From: Candidatus Omnitrophota bacterium
GTDB lineage: Bacteria > Omnitrophota > Gorgyraeia > Gygaellales > Profunditerraquicolaceae
Assembly (NCBI GenBank): GCA_026387255.1
Contig: JAPLMA010000060.1
Location: 465 to 64,464 of the forward strand
Length of the DNA: 64,000 nt
Direction: 5' to 3'
The notes under the pieces were generated by a model. It was given only the letters and a program-made list of their open reading frames with translations, was not told where the DNA came from and made no database searches. This document shows positions 1 to 9,272 of the stretch, piece after piece (the first letter of the stretch is position 1; each line of letters opens with the position of its first letter). The translations under genes and the position numbers were made by a program.

Positions 1-942
1 GTTATCGGTTTAGTTGGTTGCATGGCGCAAAATTATAAAGAACAAGCATTTCAACGTGATCCCCATATCAGCTTTGTGGTGGGGCCACAGGATATTCATA
101 AGCTTCCGGTAATTATTGAGAAAATTTTGGGAGATAATCTTTTCTCTGATAAAAATTTATTGGAACGTAAGATTTGGGAAACGGCGGGAGATTTGCGGCC
201 TGAAGAAATTTATCACATGGATTTCTATCAGGATAAAAATCATGCTCATGTCGTCATATCTGAAGGCTGCTCTAATTTTTGTTCTTATTGTGTTGTGCCA
301 TATGTGCGCGGCGCTTTACGCCATCGTAAACATAAAGACATATTAATTGAAATTCGGGAAGTGATTGCGCGGGGGGTAACTAAAGTTACTCTTTTGGGCC
401 AGAATGTCAATGCTTATCAGGATAGCCAGGTTAATTTTACTAAGCTGCTTGAGCAGGTTAACGCGTTGAGCGGGTTAAAAGAGTTTGATTTTTTTACTTC
501 TCATCCCAAAGATGCTGGCGTTGATTTCTTTAAAGCCATTCGGGATTTGGAAAAGTTAGTTAAGCGGCTGCATCTGCCTTTGCAATCAGGCTCAGACAAA
601 ATTCTAAAACTGATGAATCGGGGATACCAGGCAAAAGATTACTTGTCTTTAATCGATTCTTATCGTAAGATTGTTAAAAGCGGCCGGTTAACTACGGATA
701 TCATTGTGGGGTTTCCTACTGAAACCGATGCGGAGTTTAACCAAACTTATGCTTTGGTTAAAAAGGCTAGATTTAATGCTGCCTATATTTTTAAATATTC
801 CTCTCGGCCCGGTACTGAGGCGGCTAAAATTATTGATCCGCTTAAACAGGCGGAGTTAGAGCAGCGGCATAGAAAGATTCTGAACCTGCAAAGAAGTATT
901 TCCCAAGAGTTAAGGAGCAGCCAAGTAGATGCGAAAAAATAA
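1..942 (+). CDS. miaB: tRNA-2-methylthio-N6-dimethylallyladenosine synthase MiaB (5'-partial; no C-terminal TRAM domain visible)
   Basis: Frame open from base 1 (VIGLVGCMAQ); radical SAM CSNFCSYC, LLGQNVNAY, HLPLQSGS, TDIIVGFPTE; close to miaA. Confidence 0.85.
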   Translation, partial: VIGLVGCMAQNYKEQAFQRDPHISFVVGPQDIHKLPVIIEKILGDNLFSDKNLLERKIWETAGDLRPEEIYHMDFYQDKNHAHVVISEGCSNFCSYCVVPYVRGALRHRKHKDILIEIREVIARGVTKVTLLGQNVNAYQDSQVNFTKLLEQVNALSGLKEFDFFTSHPKDAGVDFFKAIRDLEKLVKRLHLPLQSGSDKILKLMNRGYQAKDYLSLIDSYRKIVKSGRLTTDIIVGFPTETDAEFNQTYALVKKARFNAAYIFKYSSRPGTEAAKIIDPLKQAELEQRHRKILNLQRSISQELRSSQVDAKK

Positions 943-1720
943 GTTCATTTTGGTATTCTGGTTTTTTTTAATTTTACCTAATTTTTGTTGGGCATTAGAC
1001 CTGGATATTTTAAAGACGGATTTTTTACAAGGTAATTATCGGCGCGTTATTTTTGAAGGCCAGGCTCAAGTTGACCGGATGCATTCGGGCAACGCGGATG
1101 AATTAAATTATATTTTAGGTTTAAGTTATTTTAAAGAATCTAAGCTAGATCTGGCGCAAGATTGTTTTCGGCGCGTCTTAAGTAATCCCAATAGTAAATT
1201 TAAACCAGAGGCAAGTTTAGCCCTGGCGGATACTTATTTAGTTGGCGGACAGCTTCAACAGGCAGAAGATCTCTATAACAAATTAATTACCGGTGATGCC
1301 AATAGTAGTCAAAAACCGGCGATCTGGTATCGCTTAAGCCAGCTGGAATCTAAACGGGGCGATCAGAAGAAAAGCAATGATTATTTATTTAAGCTTAAAA
1401 GAGATTTTCCGATGAGCTCGGAGTTAAGATTGACCAGAGGTATTGTTTTCGTTAATACTTCCGCGGTCGCCTGTGAGCCCTTAGTTAATGTTCAGGCAGG
1501 AGCCGGTGAATATTCTATACAGGTAGGATTTTTTACAAGTAGTCTTAATGCTAATAATTTCAAGAATACACTGCTCAGTAAAGATTATCCGGCCTACGTT
1601 GAAAGTTCCGGCACAGGTTATCGGGTTAAAGTAGGGAGATTCAAGTCACAAAAGGAAGCGCTAGCTTTAGAAAGTAAACTTTCCCAAGAGGGTTTTGCCA
1701 CCAAGGTCTGTCCGTTATAG
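929..1720 (+). CDS. Exported TPR-repeat protein with C-terminal SPOR domain
   Basis: Signal peptide-like N-terminus, TPR-like helices, C-terminal YSIQVGFF...YRVKVGRF SPOR pattern. Confidence 0.75.
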   Translation: MRKNKFILVFWFFLILPNFCWALDLDILKTDFLQGNYRRVIFEGQAQVDRMHSGNADELNYILGLSYFKESKLDLAQDCFRRVLSNPNSKFKPEASLALADTYLVGGQLQQAEDLYNKLITGDANSSQKPAIWYRLSQLESKRGDQKKSNDYLFKLKRDFPMSSELRLTRGIVFVNTSAVACEPLVNVQAGAGEYSIQVGFFTSSLNANNFKNTLLSKDYPAYVESSGTGYRVKVGRFKSQKEALALESKLSQEGFATKVCPL

Positions 1721-1723
1721 TTT

Positions 1724-2644
1724 ATGTTAAAAAAGAAGATAATTTTTCTCCTTGGGCCTACCGGTGTAGGTAAATCTGCAGTGGCAATCAGCCTGGCTAA
1801 GAAGATCAATGCCCAGATTATCTCTTGTGATTCCATGCAGGTATATCGCTCGATGGATATTCTTACTTCCAAGGTAACTTTTGGACAAAGAAAAAAAGTT
1901 AAGCACCATCTTATAGGCGTGATTAATCCAGAGCAGGAATATAATGTGGCTAAGTATCGCCAGGAGGCATTAGCAATTTGCGATAAACTGTTTAGAAAAG
2001 GTAAAATACCGTTATTTGTAGGAGGTAGCGGGCTTTATTATTCAATGATTGTTGATGGGTTATTTCCGGCAGTGCCGCAAGATAAATTAATTCGCCTAAA
2101 GTTAGAAAAACAGCTTAAGCTAAAGGGGAACAAATATCTTTATCGTTTGTTAACTAAGGTAGATAGCGCTGCGGCTGCCAAAATTCATCCCCATGATGCC
2201 AGAAGGATTATCCGTGCTCTGGAGGTGTACTTAAAAACAGGTACGCGTATTTCCCAATTACAGAAAAATAGGGTTGGTTTGGGGAAGGAGTATGCGGTAA
2301 AGATTTTTGGATTAAATTCAAAAAGACAGTCTCTCTATGATGCAATTGATCAAAGGGTTGATAAAATGTTTAACCGAGGCTTAATCAATGAAGTAAAGCG
2401 TTTGATTAAACATAAATTAAGCCGGACGGCTAAATGTGCTATAGGAATCGGCGAGTTAAAGGGGTATTTTGCCGGAGAATATTCTTTAGCGGAGGCTAAA
2501 CGCCTTATGCAGTGCAATAGCCGGCATTATGCTAAACGCCAACTGACTTGGTTTAGAAAAGACAAACGTATCCAATGGATCAATATTAATAAAATGGAAA
2601 CACCTTCACAATTAGCTCTCAAACTGTGGAAAAAGCTCTCTTAA
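1724..2644 (+). CDS. miaA: tRNA dimethylallyltransferase
   Basis: GPTGVGKS, DSMQVY, VGGSGLY, YAKRQLTWFR. Confidence 0.95.
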   Translation: MLKKKIIFLLGPTGVGKSAVAISLAKKINAQIISCDSMQVYRSMDILTSKVTFGQRKKVKHHLIGVINPEQEYNVAKYRQEALAICDKLFRKGKIPLFVGGSGLYYSMIVDGLFPAVPQDKLIRLKLEKQLKLKGNKYLYRLLTKVDSAAAAKIHPHDARRIIRALEVYLKTGTRISQLQKNRVGLGKEYAVKIFGLNSKRQSLYDAIDQRVDKMFNRGLINEVKRLIKHKLSRTAKCAIGIGELKGYFAGEYSLAEAKRLMQCNSRHYAKRQLTWFRKDKRIQWININKMETPSQLALKLWKKLS

Positions 2645-3885
2645 TCAGTATTGTCTTGAAAACGGATAAACATCACTGGCGCATCGAAGATATCTCTTCG
2701 GAGTTAGAGGAGTTGGCGGTATCCGCTTGCGTGGAAGTGGTGGAAAATGTGGTCTGTATTTGTGACCGGGCTACCTCTAATTATCTTATTGGCCGGGGTA
2801 AGGTTGAGGAGATTAGTTTTATCGCTAACCAAGCAGGTGTGGATACAGTAATTTTTAGTCATGATTTAAGTGGCACACAGCAACGTAACCTGGAAGGGGC
2901 TTTAGGCAAAAAAACGATTGATCGTACACAATTAATCCTGGATATATTTTCTCGGCGCGCCAGGAGCCCGGAAGGTAAGATGCAGGTGGAATTGGCTTTG
3001 TTGCAGTATTTATTGCCGCGTCTGACAGGTAAGGGAATAATGCTTTCCGGTTTAGGAGGTGGTATCGGTACGCGTGGCCCTGGGGAAACTAAGTTAGAGA
3101 TGGATCGGCGCCAAATTAGAAGAAAAATCGATAAGTTAAGGGAAGATTTAAGAATATTTCGTCTGCACCGTTTAACGATGAGCAAAAAAAGAAAGGGTAA
3201 TAATTTACCGGTAGTGGCTCTGGTCGGGTATACTAGCGCCGGAAAATCTACGCTCTTAAACCTTTTAACTGCATCAACTCAGATTGTTTCAGAAAAACTG
3301 TTTACTACCTTAGATCCGCTTTCTAAAAGCTTATGCCTTCCTAATGGACAAAATATTATTCTCTCTGATACCGTTGGATTTTTACACGACCTTCCGCATC
3401 ATCTCATCGAAGCCTTTAAGGCCACCTTGGAAGAAGTGATTGATGCGGACTTATTGATTCATGTTTTAGATGTCGCTGATCAGCGCTTAGTTGGGCATAA
3501 TCAAGCCGTACTTAGCGTCTTAGGGGAGTTAGGGGCACTGGATAAGCCGATCTTGGTAGCCTTAAATAAAATTGATTTGGTTACTGACCGTAGCTGGCTG
3601 GAAATCTCCAAAAAAGAATTTCCCAATTCTATTTATATATCCGCTAAAACCGGGGAAAATTTAGACGCTTTAATTGCCGAAATAACCGATTATTTTTCCA
3701 ATCTGATGTTAAGTTTAAAGATTGTAATACCGCATAGCCGTATGGAGTTAGTGGATTTCTTTTATCGGCAGGCTAAAGTAAAGAAGATTGATTATTTACA
3801 GAGCGGGATTAACATTAATTTGGATATTTCCCGGGATCTTTTTAGTAGAATTGAGAATGATAAGGATATAAAAATTATCCGTTAG
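2626..3885 (+). CDS. hflX: Ribosome-splitting GTPase HflX
   Basis: IDRTQLILDIF, GTRGPGETKLE, GYTSAGKS, LFTTLD, DTVGF, NKID. Confidence 0.95.
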   Translation: MEKALLISIVLKTDKHHWRIEDISSELEELAVSACVEVVENVVCICDRATSNYLIGRGKVEEISFIANQAGVDTVIFSHDLSGTQQRNLEGALGKKTIDRTQLILDIFSRRARSPEGKMQVELALLQYLLPRLTGKGIMLSGLGGGIGTRGPGETKLEMDRRQIRRKIDKLREDLRIFRLHRLTMSKKRKGNNLPVVALVGYTSAGKSTLLNLLTASTQIVSEKLFTTLDPLSKSLCLPNGQNIILSDTVGFLHDLPHHLIEAFKATLEEVIDADLLIHVLDVADQRLVGHNQAVLSVLGELGALDKPILVALNKIDLVTDRSWLEISKKEFPNSIYISAKTGENLDALIAEITDYFSNLMLSLKIVIPHSRMELVDFFYRQAKVKKIDYLQSGININLDISRDLFSRIENDKDIKIIR

Positions 3886-3912
3886 TTTACCTAACAAAAA
3901 TAATTATTTTAC

Positions 3913-3941
3913 TTGACAAGTTAAAATAGACATGCTAGAGT
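3913..3941 (+). promoter_or_regulatory. sigma70-type promoter
   Basis: TTGACA-17 bp-TAGAGT with TG extension; GGAGG RBS before ATG 3963. Confidence 0.6.
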
Positions 3942-3962
3942 TTATTTACCTGGAGGATAGGG

Positions 3963-4220
3963 ATGCCTGTATTTAGCTTTAAGATTGCACCTGAAGAACC
4001 AGTTTATGTTATTAGCGTAGTTTGTAAATTGGTAAATATTCCGATTTGGACTTTGCGGCAGTTAGATAAAGCCGGAGTGGTTCGACCTAAACGCCTAGGC
4101 AAGAAGAGCCGCTTTTATTCACTGAAAGATTTAAAAAGGCTAGAGTATGTGCATTATCTGATGGAAGAAAAGCGGGTTAATATTCACGGATTAAAAATTA
4201 TTTTAGGAAACCAAGAGTAG
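3963..4220 (+). CDS. MerR-family regulator, HspR-like
   Basis: PVYVISVV..LVNIPIWTLRQLD..G...P.R....RFYS..DL..L...GLK resembles HspR; lies directly upstream of hrcA-grpE-dnaK. Confidence 0.7.
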   Translation: MPVFSFKIAPEEPVYVISVVCKLVNIPIWTLRQLDKAGVVRPKRLGKKSRFYSLKDLKRLEYVHYLMEEKRVNIHGLKIILGNQE

Positions 4221-4237
4221 ATTTTTTTAACCACAAG

Positions 4238-4264
4238 TTAGCACTCTGATGATTTAAGTGCTAA
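4238..4264 (+). promoter_or_regulatory. CIRCE operator (HrcA site)
   Basis: TTAGCACTC-N9-AAGTGCTAA, one mismatch to TTAGCACTC-N9-GAGTGCTAA, upstream of hrcA. Confidence 0.9.
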
Positions 4265-4269
4265 TTTTA

Positions 4270-4297
4270 TTGACAAAATAGTAGAATATGTTAAAAT
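4270..4297 (+). promoter_or_regulatory. sigma70-type promoter of the hrcA operon
   Basis: TTGACA-16 bp-TAAAAT with TG extension, immediately after CIRCE. Confidence 0.65.
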
Positions 4298-4343
4298 TAC
4301 AGCTTAGCTTAAGTAGTAAAAAAATCAATCAGGAGACAAAAGA

Positions 4344-5078
4344 GTGCGGACCGTGGATTATAATTCTCGCAGAAAGCAGGTTCTGAATTCGGCGATCAAC
4401 CGTTATATTAAGCATGCGCTTCCGGTGGCTTCAGATGATATTGCCGAAGAGTTTGATTTAAGTTCGGCAACGATTAGGAATATATTTTCTGAACTTGATG
4501 AATTCGGGTACTTAAAACATCCCCATACCTCAGGTGGAAGAGTGCCTACGGATAAAGGGTACCGCTATTATGTGGATTTCCTCATTCAGCAAATTGAACT
4601 TTTGGATAAAGAGAAGCAGTGCATTCTTAAGGACTGCAAAAGAAAATTAAGCCGTCTTGATGATACTCTGGAGAATACATCTGAGGTTATCTCTGAAATT
4701 ACGCATTATGCTGGCATTGTTTCATTCTTACAGTGGCAGGATAAGATATTTTATAAAGGTATTAGTCGCATACTTGATCAGCCGGAGTTTAAGGATGCGG
4801 ATAAGATACGTTTATTAGTTAGGTTGATGGAGGATAAAAGCAAACTCTTAGATATTATTAATCGGGATTTTTCTGGCAAGGTGAAGGTTTATATCGGAAG
4901 CGAATTGGGTTTTCCGGAAATGGAAAATTGCTCTTTAATCGTTTCTAGTTTTAAGTTAAAAAAACAACCTTCGGGTAGGTTGGCCGTATTAGGGCCAATG
5001 CGTATGGAGTATGATCATATTATTCCGACTATGGAATATATCTCTGAAGTTTTGAATCAAATTTTGGAAGATTTTTAG
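4344..5078 (+). CDS. hrcA: Heat-inducible repressor HrcA (short form)
   Basis: SSATIRN, PHTSGGRVPTDKGYRYYVD, VYIGSE, GPMRMEY; only 244 aa. Confidence 0.92.
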   Translation: MRTVDYNSRRKQVLNSAINRYIKHALPVASDDIAEEFDLSSATIRNIFSELDEFGYLKHPHTSGGRVPTDKGYRYYVDFLIQQIELLDKEKQCILKDCKRKLSRLDDTLENTSEVISEITHYAGIVSFLQWQDKIFYKGISRILDQPEFKDADKIRLLVRLMEDKSKLLDIINRDFSGKVKVYIGSELGFPEMENCSLIVSSFKLKKQPSGRLAVLGPMRMEYDHIIPTMEYISEVLNQILEDF

Positions 5079-5096
5079 CATAATCTTTAAGATATT

Positions 5097-5678
5097 ATGG
5101 AAGAAGATAAAAATAACCAGAAAAATACAGAAGAGCTTGAAAAAAAATCCGCCGCAGGCGGATCCGCCTCCGGCGGAAAAGAGGATACGGTTGTTACTTT
5201 AAAGCAAGCAGAGTATTTGGGGCTCTTGGAGGAGATTAAAAAAGGCAAAGCTGGTTGGGATAAGATGTTGCGGAATCAGGCGGATCTTGAAAATACCCGT
5301 AAGCGCCTGGAGCGGGAAAAGCAGGAGTTTATAAAATTTGCTAATGAAGGGCTGATCTTTGATTTGCTTAATGTGCTGGATGATTTGGAGCGTACTGTGG
5401 ATTTGGCAGAATCAAGCCAAGAAAATCTGGCTGCTTTCTTAAAGGGTATCGAAATGATTCTGGCGCATTTATACGAAATGTTAAAGAATCACGGAGTTAA
5501 GCCAATTGAGGCTGAAGGAAAAATATTTGACCCGAATTTTCATGAGGCTTTGATGCAGGTAGAGAATAAGGAGTTACCGGAACATACAATCATTGAGGTA
5601 TTGCAAAAAGGATATCTAATCCACGGGCGGGTACTTAGAACTGCTAAGGTAAAGGTGTCAAAGCAAGGCGCGAAATAA
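5097..5678 (+). CDS. grpE: Nucleotide exchange factor GrpE
   Basis: ADLENTRKR, FDPNFHEA, QKGY...RVLRTAKVKV. Confidence 0.95.
   Translation: MEEDKNNQKNTEELEKKSAAGGSASGGKEDTVVTLKQAEYLGLLEEIKKGKAGWDKMLRNQADLENTRKRLEREKQEFIKFANEGLIFDLLNVLDDLERTVDLAESSQENLAAFLKGIEMILAHLYEMLKNHGVKPIEAEGKIFDPNFHEALMQVENKELPEHTIIEVLQKGYLIHGRVLRTAKVKVSKQGAK
5148..5177. repeat. Double-hairpin palindromic element in frame in grpE (SAAGGSASGG)
   Basis: TCCGCC-GCA-GGCGGA TCCGCC-TCC-GGCGGA, flanked by AAA on both sides. Confidence 0.85.
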
Positions 5679-5713
5679 TTAAAAACTGACAACTAATTTT
5701 ATGGAGGTGACAC

Positions 5714-7633
5714 ATGGCAAAAGTAATTGGGATTGATTTAGGTACATCTAACTCGGCGGCTGCGGTTATGGAAGGCGGCAGGCCGGTGATTATTCCTTCA
5801 GCTGAAGGGGCGGGGGTTGCCTCGGGGAAAGCATTTCCATCTTATGTAGCTTTTACTAAAGATGGACAGCGCCTAGTAGGTGAACCGGCAAGGCGGCAGG
5901 CAGCGATTAATGCCGAAGGCACGATTCAAGCCGCTAAACGTAAGATGGGCACGGATTTTAAATTTAAAGCTTACGGTAAAGATTATACTCCACAGCAGAT
6001 TTCCGCGTTTATCTTGCAGAAAATAAAACAGGATGCCGAGTCTTATTTGGGAGATAAAGTGGAGGATGTAGTAATTACCTGTCCGGCGTATTTCAATGAT
6101 AATCAACGCCAGGCAACCAAAGATGCCGGGGAAATCGCGGGCTTAAAAGTTTTGCGTATTATTAATGAGCCTACGGCTGCTTGTCTGGCTTACGGTTTAG
6201 AGAAGGCAGATAAAGAACAAAGGATTATGGTTTTTGATTTAGGCGGCGGCACTCTGGATGTTACGATTATGGAGATGGCTCAGGGGGTATTCCATGTGCA
6301 GGCAACCAGCGGTGATACACAACTGGGCGGAACAGATATGGATCGGGTTTTATTGGAATATATTGTCGGGCAATTTAAACGTGAAACCGGTATTGATTTA
6401 ATGAATGATAAAATGGCTGTGCAAAGAGTACGCGAAGGAGCGGAAAAGGCCAAGATTGAGTTATCTTCTACGGTGAGTACGGATATTAATTTGCCTTTTA
6501 TTACTGCTGATGCTACCGGCCCTAAGCATTTAACGATGACGATTACCCGGGCCAAGCTGGAGGATCTCGTCGGGCCGATTATTGACCGTTGCCGTCATCC
6601 TATGGAGCAGGCATTAAACGATGCTAAGCTGACCTCTAAAGAAGTTGATCGGATTATTATGGTCGGCGGGCCTACGCGTATGCCGATTGTGCAAAAATTT
6701 GTTGAAGATTATGTCGGTAAGAAAATTGAACGTGGAGTTGATCCGATGGAATGTGTGGCTTTAGGAGCGGCAGTTCAGGCGGCGATTATTACCGGAGATG
6801 TCAAAGATGTGCTGCTTTTGGATGTTACTCCGCTTTCTTTAGGTATTGAAACTTTAGGCGGAGTGAATACGAAATTAATTGAAAGAAACGCTTCTATTCC
6901 TACTCAAAAAAGCCAGATATTTTCAACGGCGGCAGATAACCAAACTGCGGTTACTATTCGGGTTTTGCAAGGTGAGCGACCGTTGGCGGATGATAATGTG
7001 GAATTAGGAAGATTTGATTTGGTAGGGATTCCTGCTGCTACGCGTGGTGTGCCACAGATCGAAGTAAAATTTGATATTGATCGTGATGGAATTGTGCATG
7101 TTTCAGCTAAGGATCTGGGTACTGGCAAAGAACAGTCTATCCGCATCAGCGCTCCTAAAAAGTTATCCAAAGAAGAGATCGATAAGATGGTTAAGGATGC
7201 GGAAAAATTCGCCGCCGATGACGCGAAAAAGAGAGAAGAAATCGAGATGATCAATCAGGCGGATAACCTAATTTATGCTACTGAAAAATCATTGAAGGAT
7301 TACGGAGATAAGGTTAGCCAGACTGAGCGTGCGGATATTGAGGCAAAAGCCAATGATTTAAAGAGCGCGGTTAAAGAGAAGAATATTGAGAGAATTAAAA
7401 AGGGGATGGAAGAATTGACTAAAGTTTCCCATAAGCTTGCTGAAGAGATTTATAAGCAGGCAGCTGCCAAGCAGCAAAAGTCGCAAGAGGGCCAAGCTAC
7501 TCCTGGTGGCCAGCAAAATGCTGCCGAAGAGCCGCAAGAGAAATCCGCCGCAGACGGATCTGCCTCCGGTGGTAAAGACGAGGATATTATTGACGCTGAG
7601 TATAAGGAAGAGGATCAAAACGGTAAGAAATAA
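5714..7633 (+). CDS. dnaK: Chaperone DnaK (Hsp70)
   Basis: [36 protein letters not shown]. Confidence 0.98.
   Translation: MAKVIGIDLGTSNSAAAVMEGGRPVIIPSAEGAGVASGKAFPSYVAFTKDGQRLVGEPARRQAAINAEGTIQAAKRKMGTDFKFKAYGKDYTPQQISAFILQKIKQDAESYLGDKVEDVVITCPAYFNDNQRQATKDAGEIAGLKVLRIINEPTAACLAYGLEKADKEQRIMVFDLGGGTLDVTIMEMAQGVFHVQATSGDTQLGGTDMDRVLLEYIVGQFKRETGIDLMNDKMAVQRVREGAEKAKIELSSTVSTDINLPFITADATGPKHLTMTITRAKLEDLVGPIIDRCRHPMEQALNDAKLTSKEVDRIIMVGGPTRMPIVQKFVEDYVGKKIERGVDPMECVALGAAVQAAIITGDVKDVLLLDVTPLSLGIETLGGVNTKLIERNASIPTQKSQIFSTAADNQTAVTIRVLQGERPLADDNVELGRFDLVGIPAATRGVPQIEVKFDIDRDGIVHVSAKDLGTGKEQSIRISAPKKLSKEEIDKMVKDAEKFAADDAKKREEIEMINQADNLIYATEKSLKDYGDKVSQTERADIEAKANDLKSAVKEKNIERIKKGMEELTKVSHKLAEEIYKQAAAKQQKSQEGQATPGGQQNAAEEPQEKSAADGSASGGKDEDIIDAEYKEEDQNGKK
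7544..7573. repeat. Decayed copy of the grpE element, in frame in the dnaK tail ([10 protein letters not shown])
   Basis: TCCGCCGCAGACGGATCTGCCTCCGGTGGT, 26/30 identical to 5148-5177, also AAA-flanked. Confidence 0.8.
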
Positions 7634-7635
7634 AG

Positions 7636-8799
7636 ATGTCTATTAAAGGTGATTATTACCAAATTTTAGGAATTCCTAAGACTGCTAGTCCGGATGAAAT
7701 TAAAAGGGCCTATCGCGAGATGGCGCTTAAATTTCATCCGGACCGCGTGCCGGCGGAAGAAAAGAAAGCCGCGGAGGAGAAATTTAAGGGAATTTCTGAA
7801 GCATATGCTGTGCTTTCGGATTCTGCTAAGCGTGATCTCTATAATCAATACGGACATTCCGGTATTGACCAGAAATACGCCCAAGAAGATATTTTTAAGG
7901 GTGCTGATTTTAGTAGTATTTTCAGAGAAATGGGTGGTGGATCTGGAGGCTCCGGGAGTATTTTTGAGGAGCTATTCGGTGATATGGGGTTTGATATCTC
8001 TGGATCAAGGCAGTCCAGATCGCAATCTGCCCGGCGGCGCGGCAGGGATTTACAGATTGCGATTGAAATTTCCTTGGAAGAAGCAGCTGTAGGCGTAGAA
8101 AAGATTATTACTGTGCCACGCTATGAAACCTGTACAGTTTGTTCAGGTAGTGGCGCTAAACCCGGCTCTAAGCGGACGGTTTGTTCACAATGTAAAGGAG
8201 CAGGTAAAACAGTAGTTTCAAATGGTTTTTTCCAAATGGCTCAAACCTGTTCGCGCTGTAGCGGTGAGGGCTCAATTATTCAAACTGCCTGTGCGGATTG
8301 CCGGGGAGAAGGCAGAGTTAAAGTTACTAAAAAGATAAAAGTTAAGATACCCGCCGGAGTTGATAATGGCTCTCAACTACGCGTACGCGCAGAAGGCGAA
8401 GCGGGATTAAATAGCCGGGGAGATTTATATGTAGTGATAGAGGTTAGAGAGCATGCGATTTTCCAACGGCATCATAATGATATTGCTACAGCGGTGAATA
8501 TAAGTTTGGCCAAAGCTATTCTGGGTGGCGAGGTTGAGGTTCCGGCTTTAGACGGAAAATTAATGATGAAGATACCCGCGGGTACTCAATGTGGAAAAAC
8601 TTTCCGTCTTAATGGTAAAGGTATACCGGACTTACATTCTCGGGATATGGGTGATGAATTAGTCAAAGTTGATATCCAAATTCCTACCAGGTTGACTGCG
8701 CAACAGAGGCAATTGATAGAGGAGTTTGCCCGCTTAAACGGTGAAAATTTAGGAGCTAAGGAAAACTTTACGGATAAGTTTAAGAAAACATTTCGCTAA
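7636..8799 (+). CDS. dnaJ: Chaperone DnaJ
   Basis: J-domain HPD, four CxxCxGxG repeats, C-terminal domain. Confidence 0.97.
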   Translation: MSIKGDYYQILGIPKTASPDEIKRAYREMALKFHPDRVPAEEKKAAEEKFKGISEAYAVLSDSAKRDLYNQYGHSGIDQKYAQEDIFKGADFSSIFREMGGGSGGSGSIFEELFGDMGFDISGSRQSRSQSARRRGRDLQIAIEISLEEAAVGVEKIITVPRYETCTVCSGSGAKPGSKRTVCSQCKGAGKTVVSNGFFQMAQTCSRCSGEGSIIQTACADCRGEGRVKVTKKIKVKIPAGVDNGSQLRVRAEGEAGLNSRGDLYVVIEVREHAIFQRHHNDIATAVNISLAKAILGGEVEVPALDGKLMMKIPAGTQCGKTFRLNGKGIPDLHSRDMGDELVKVDIQIPTRLTAQQRQLIEEFARLNGENLGAKENFTDKFKKTFR

Positions 8800-8854
8800 T
8801 GTCATTCCTATCCTCGATTAGTACATTTAAGGGCAGGTTTTATTGATACAAATT

Positions 8855-8913
8855 GTCATCCTCGCGGAAGCGGGGATCTAAAAGAAATAGATTAACGTTT
8901 TCACGGGAATGAC
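8855..8913. repeat. Imperfect palindromic repeat (GTCAT.C.CGCG..GCGGG.ATC...CGGGAATGAC type)
   Basis: GTCATCCTCGCGGAAGCGGGGATCT...AGATT..CGTTTTCACGGGAATGAC between dnaJ and the next gene. Confidence 0.6.
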
Positions 8914-8940
8914 GAATATGCGCGGAGAAAAAAGGAAAAT

Positions 8941-9204
8941 ATGCCTACTTATGAATATGAATGCTTAGCTTGTAAAAATAAATTTGAAATTTTACAGAGT
9001 ATAACCTCTCGGCCTAAAATTAAGTGCCCGAAATGCGGTAAGAAGTTAAAAAAGTTAATTAGTAGCACGGGGGGTTTTATTTTTAAGGGAAAAGGTTTTT
9101 ACGCTACAGATTATAAGAAAACAGATAAATCCGTAAATAGTTCTTCGCAGGCCGCTTGTTCTAAGGCTAATGCGGGATGTGCGGGTTGCCCAGCTCACAA
9201 GTAA
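8941..9204 (+). CDS. FmdB-family zinc ribbon protein
   Basis: MPTYEYECxxC...CPKCG...FKGKGFYATDY. Confidence 0.9.
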   Translation: MPTYEYECLACKNKFEILQSITSRPKIKCPKCGKKLKKLISSTGGFIFKGKGFYATDYKKTDKSVNSSSQAACSKANAGCAGCPAHK

Positions 9205-9253
9205 ACCCCATTAGAAGTGGCGTACCGCGCCGCGGGATTTCTAACGGGGTAAA
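9202..9253. repeat. Palindromic element ACCCC.TTAGAA...TTCTAACGGGGT
   Basis: 14-bp arms (9205-9218 and 9237-9250, 12/14 complementary) bounded by TAAA direct repeats. Confidence 0.7.
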
Positions 9254-9272
9254 TAAAGATGTTTTTAATTTT

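Noticed and set aside
4308-4329. HAIR operator for the HspR-like protein
   Set aside because: CTTAAGT...AATCAAT needs 8-nt spacing and three mismatches to CTTGAGT-N7-ACTCAAG; too weak in AT-rich DNA
9177-9272. N-terminal extension of the DUF1015 protein
   Set aside because: Overlaps the upstream gene and consists largely of a palindromic repeat; family similarity starts near ATG 9273
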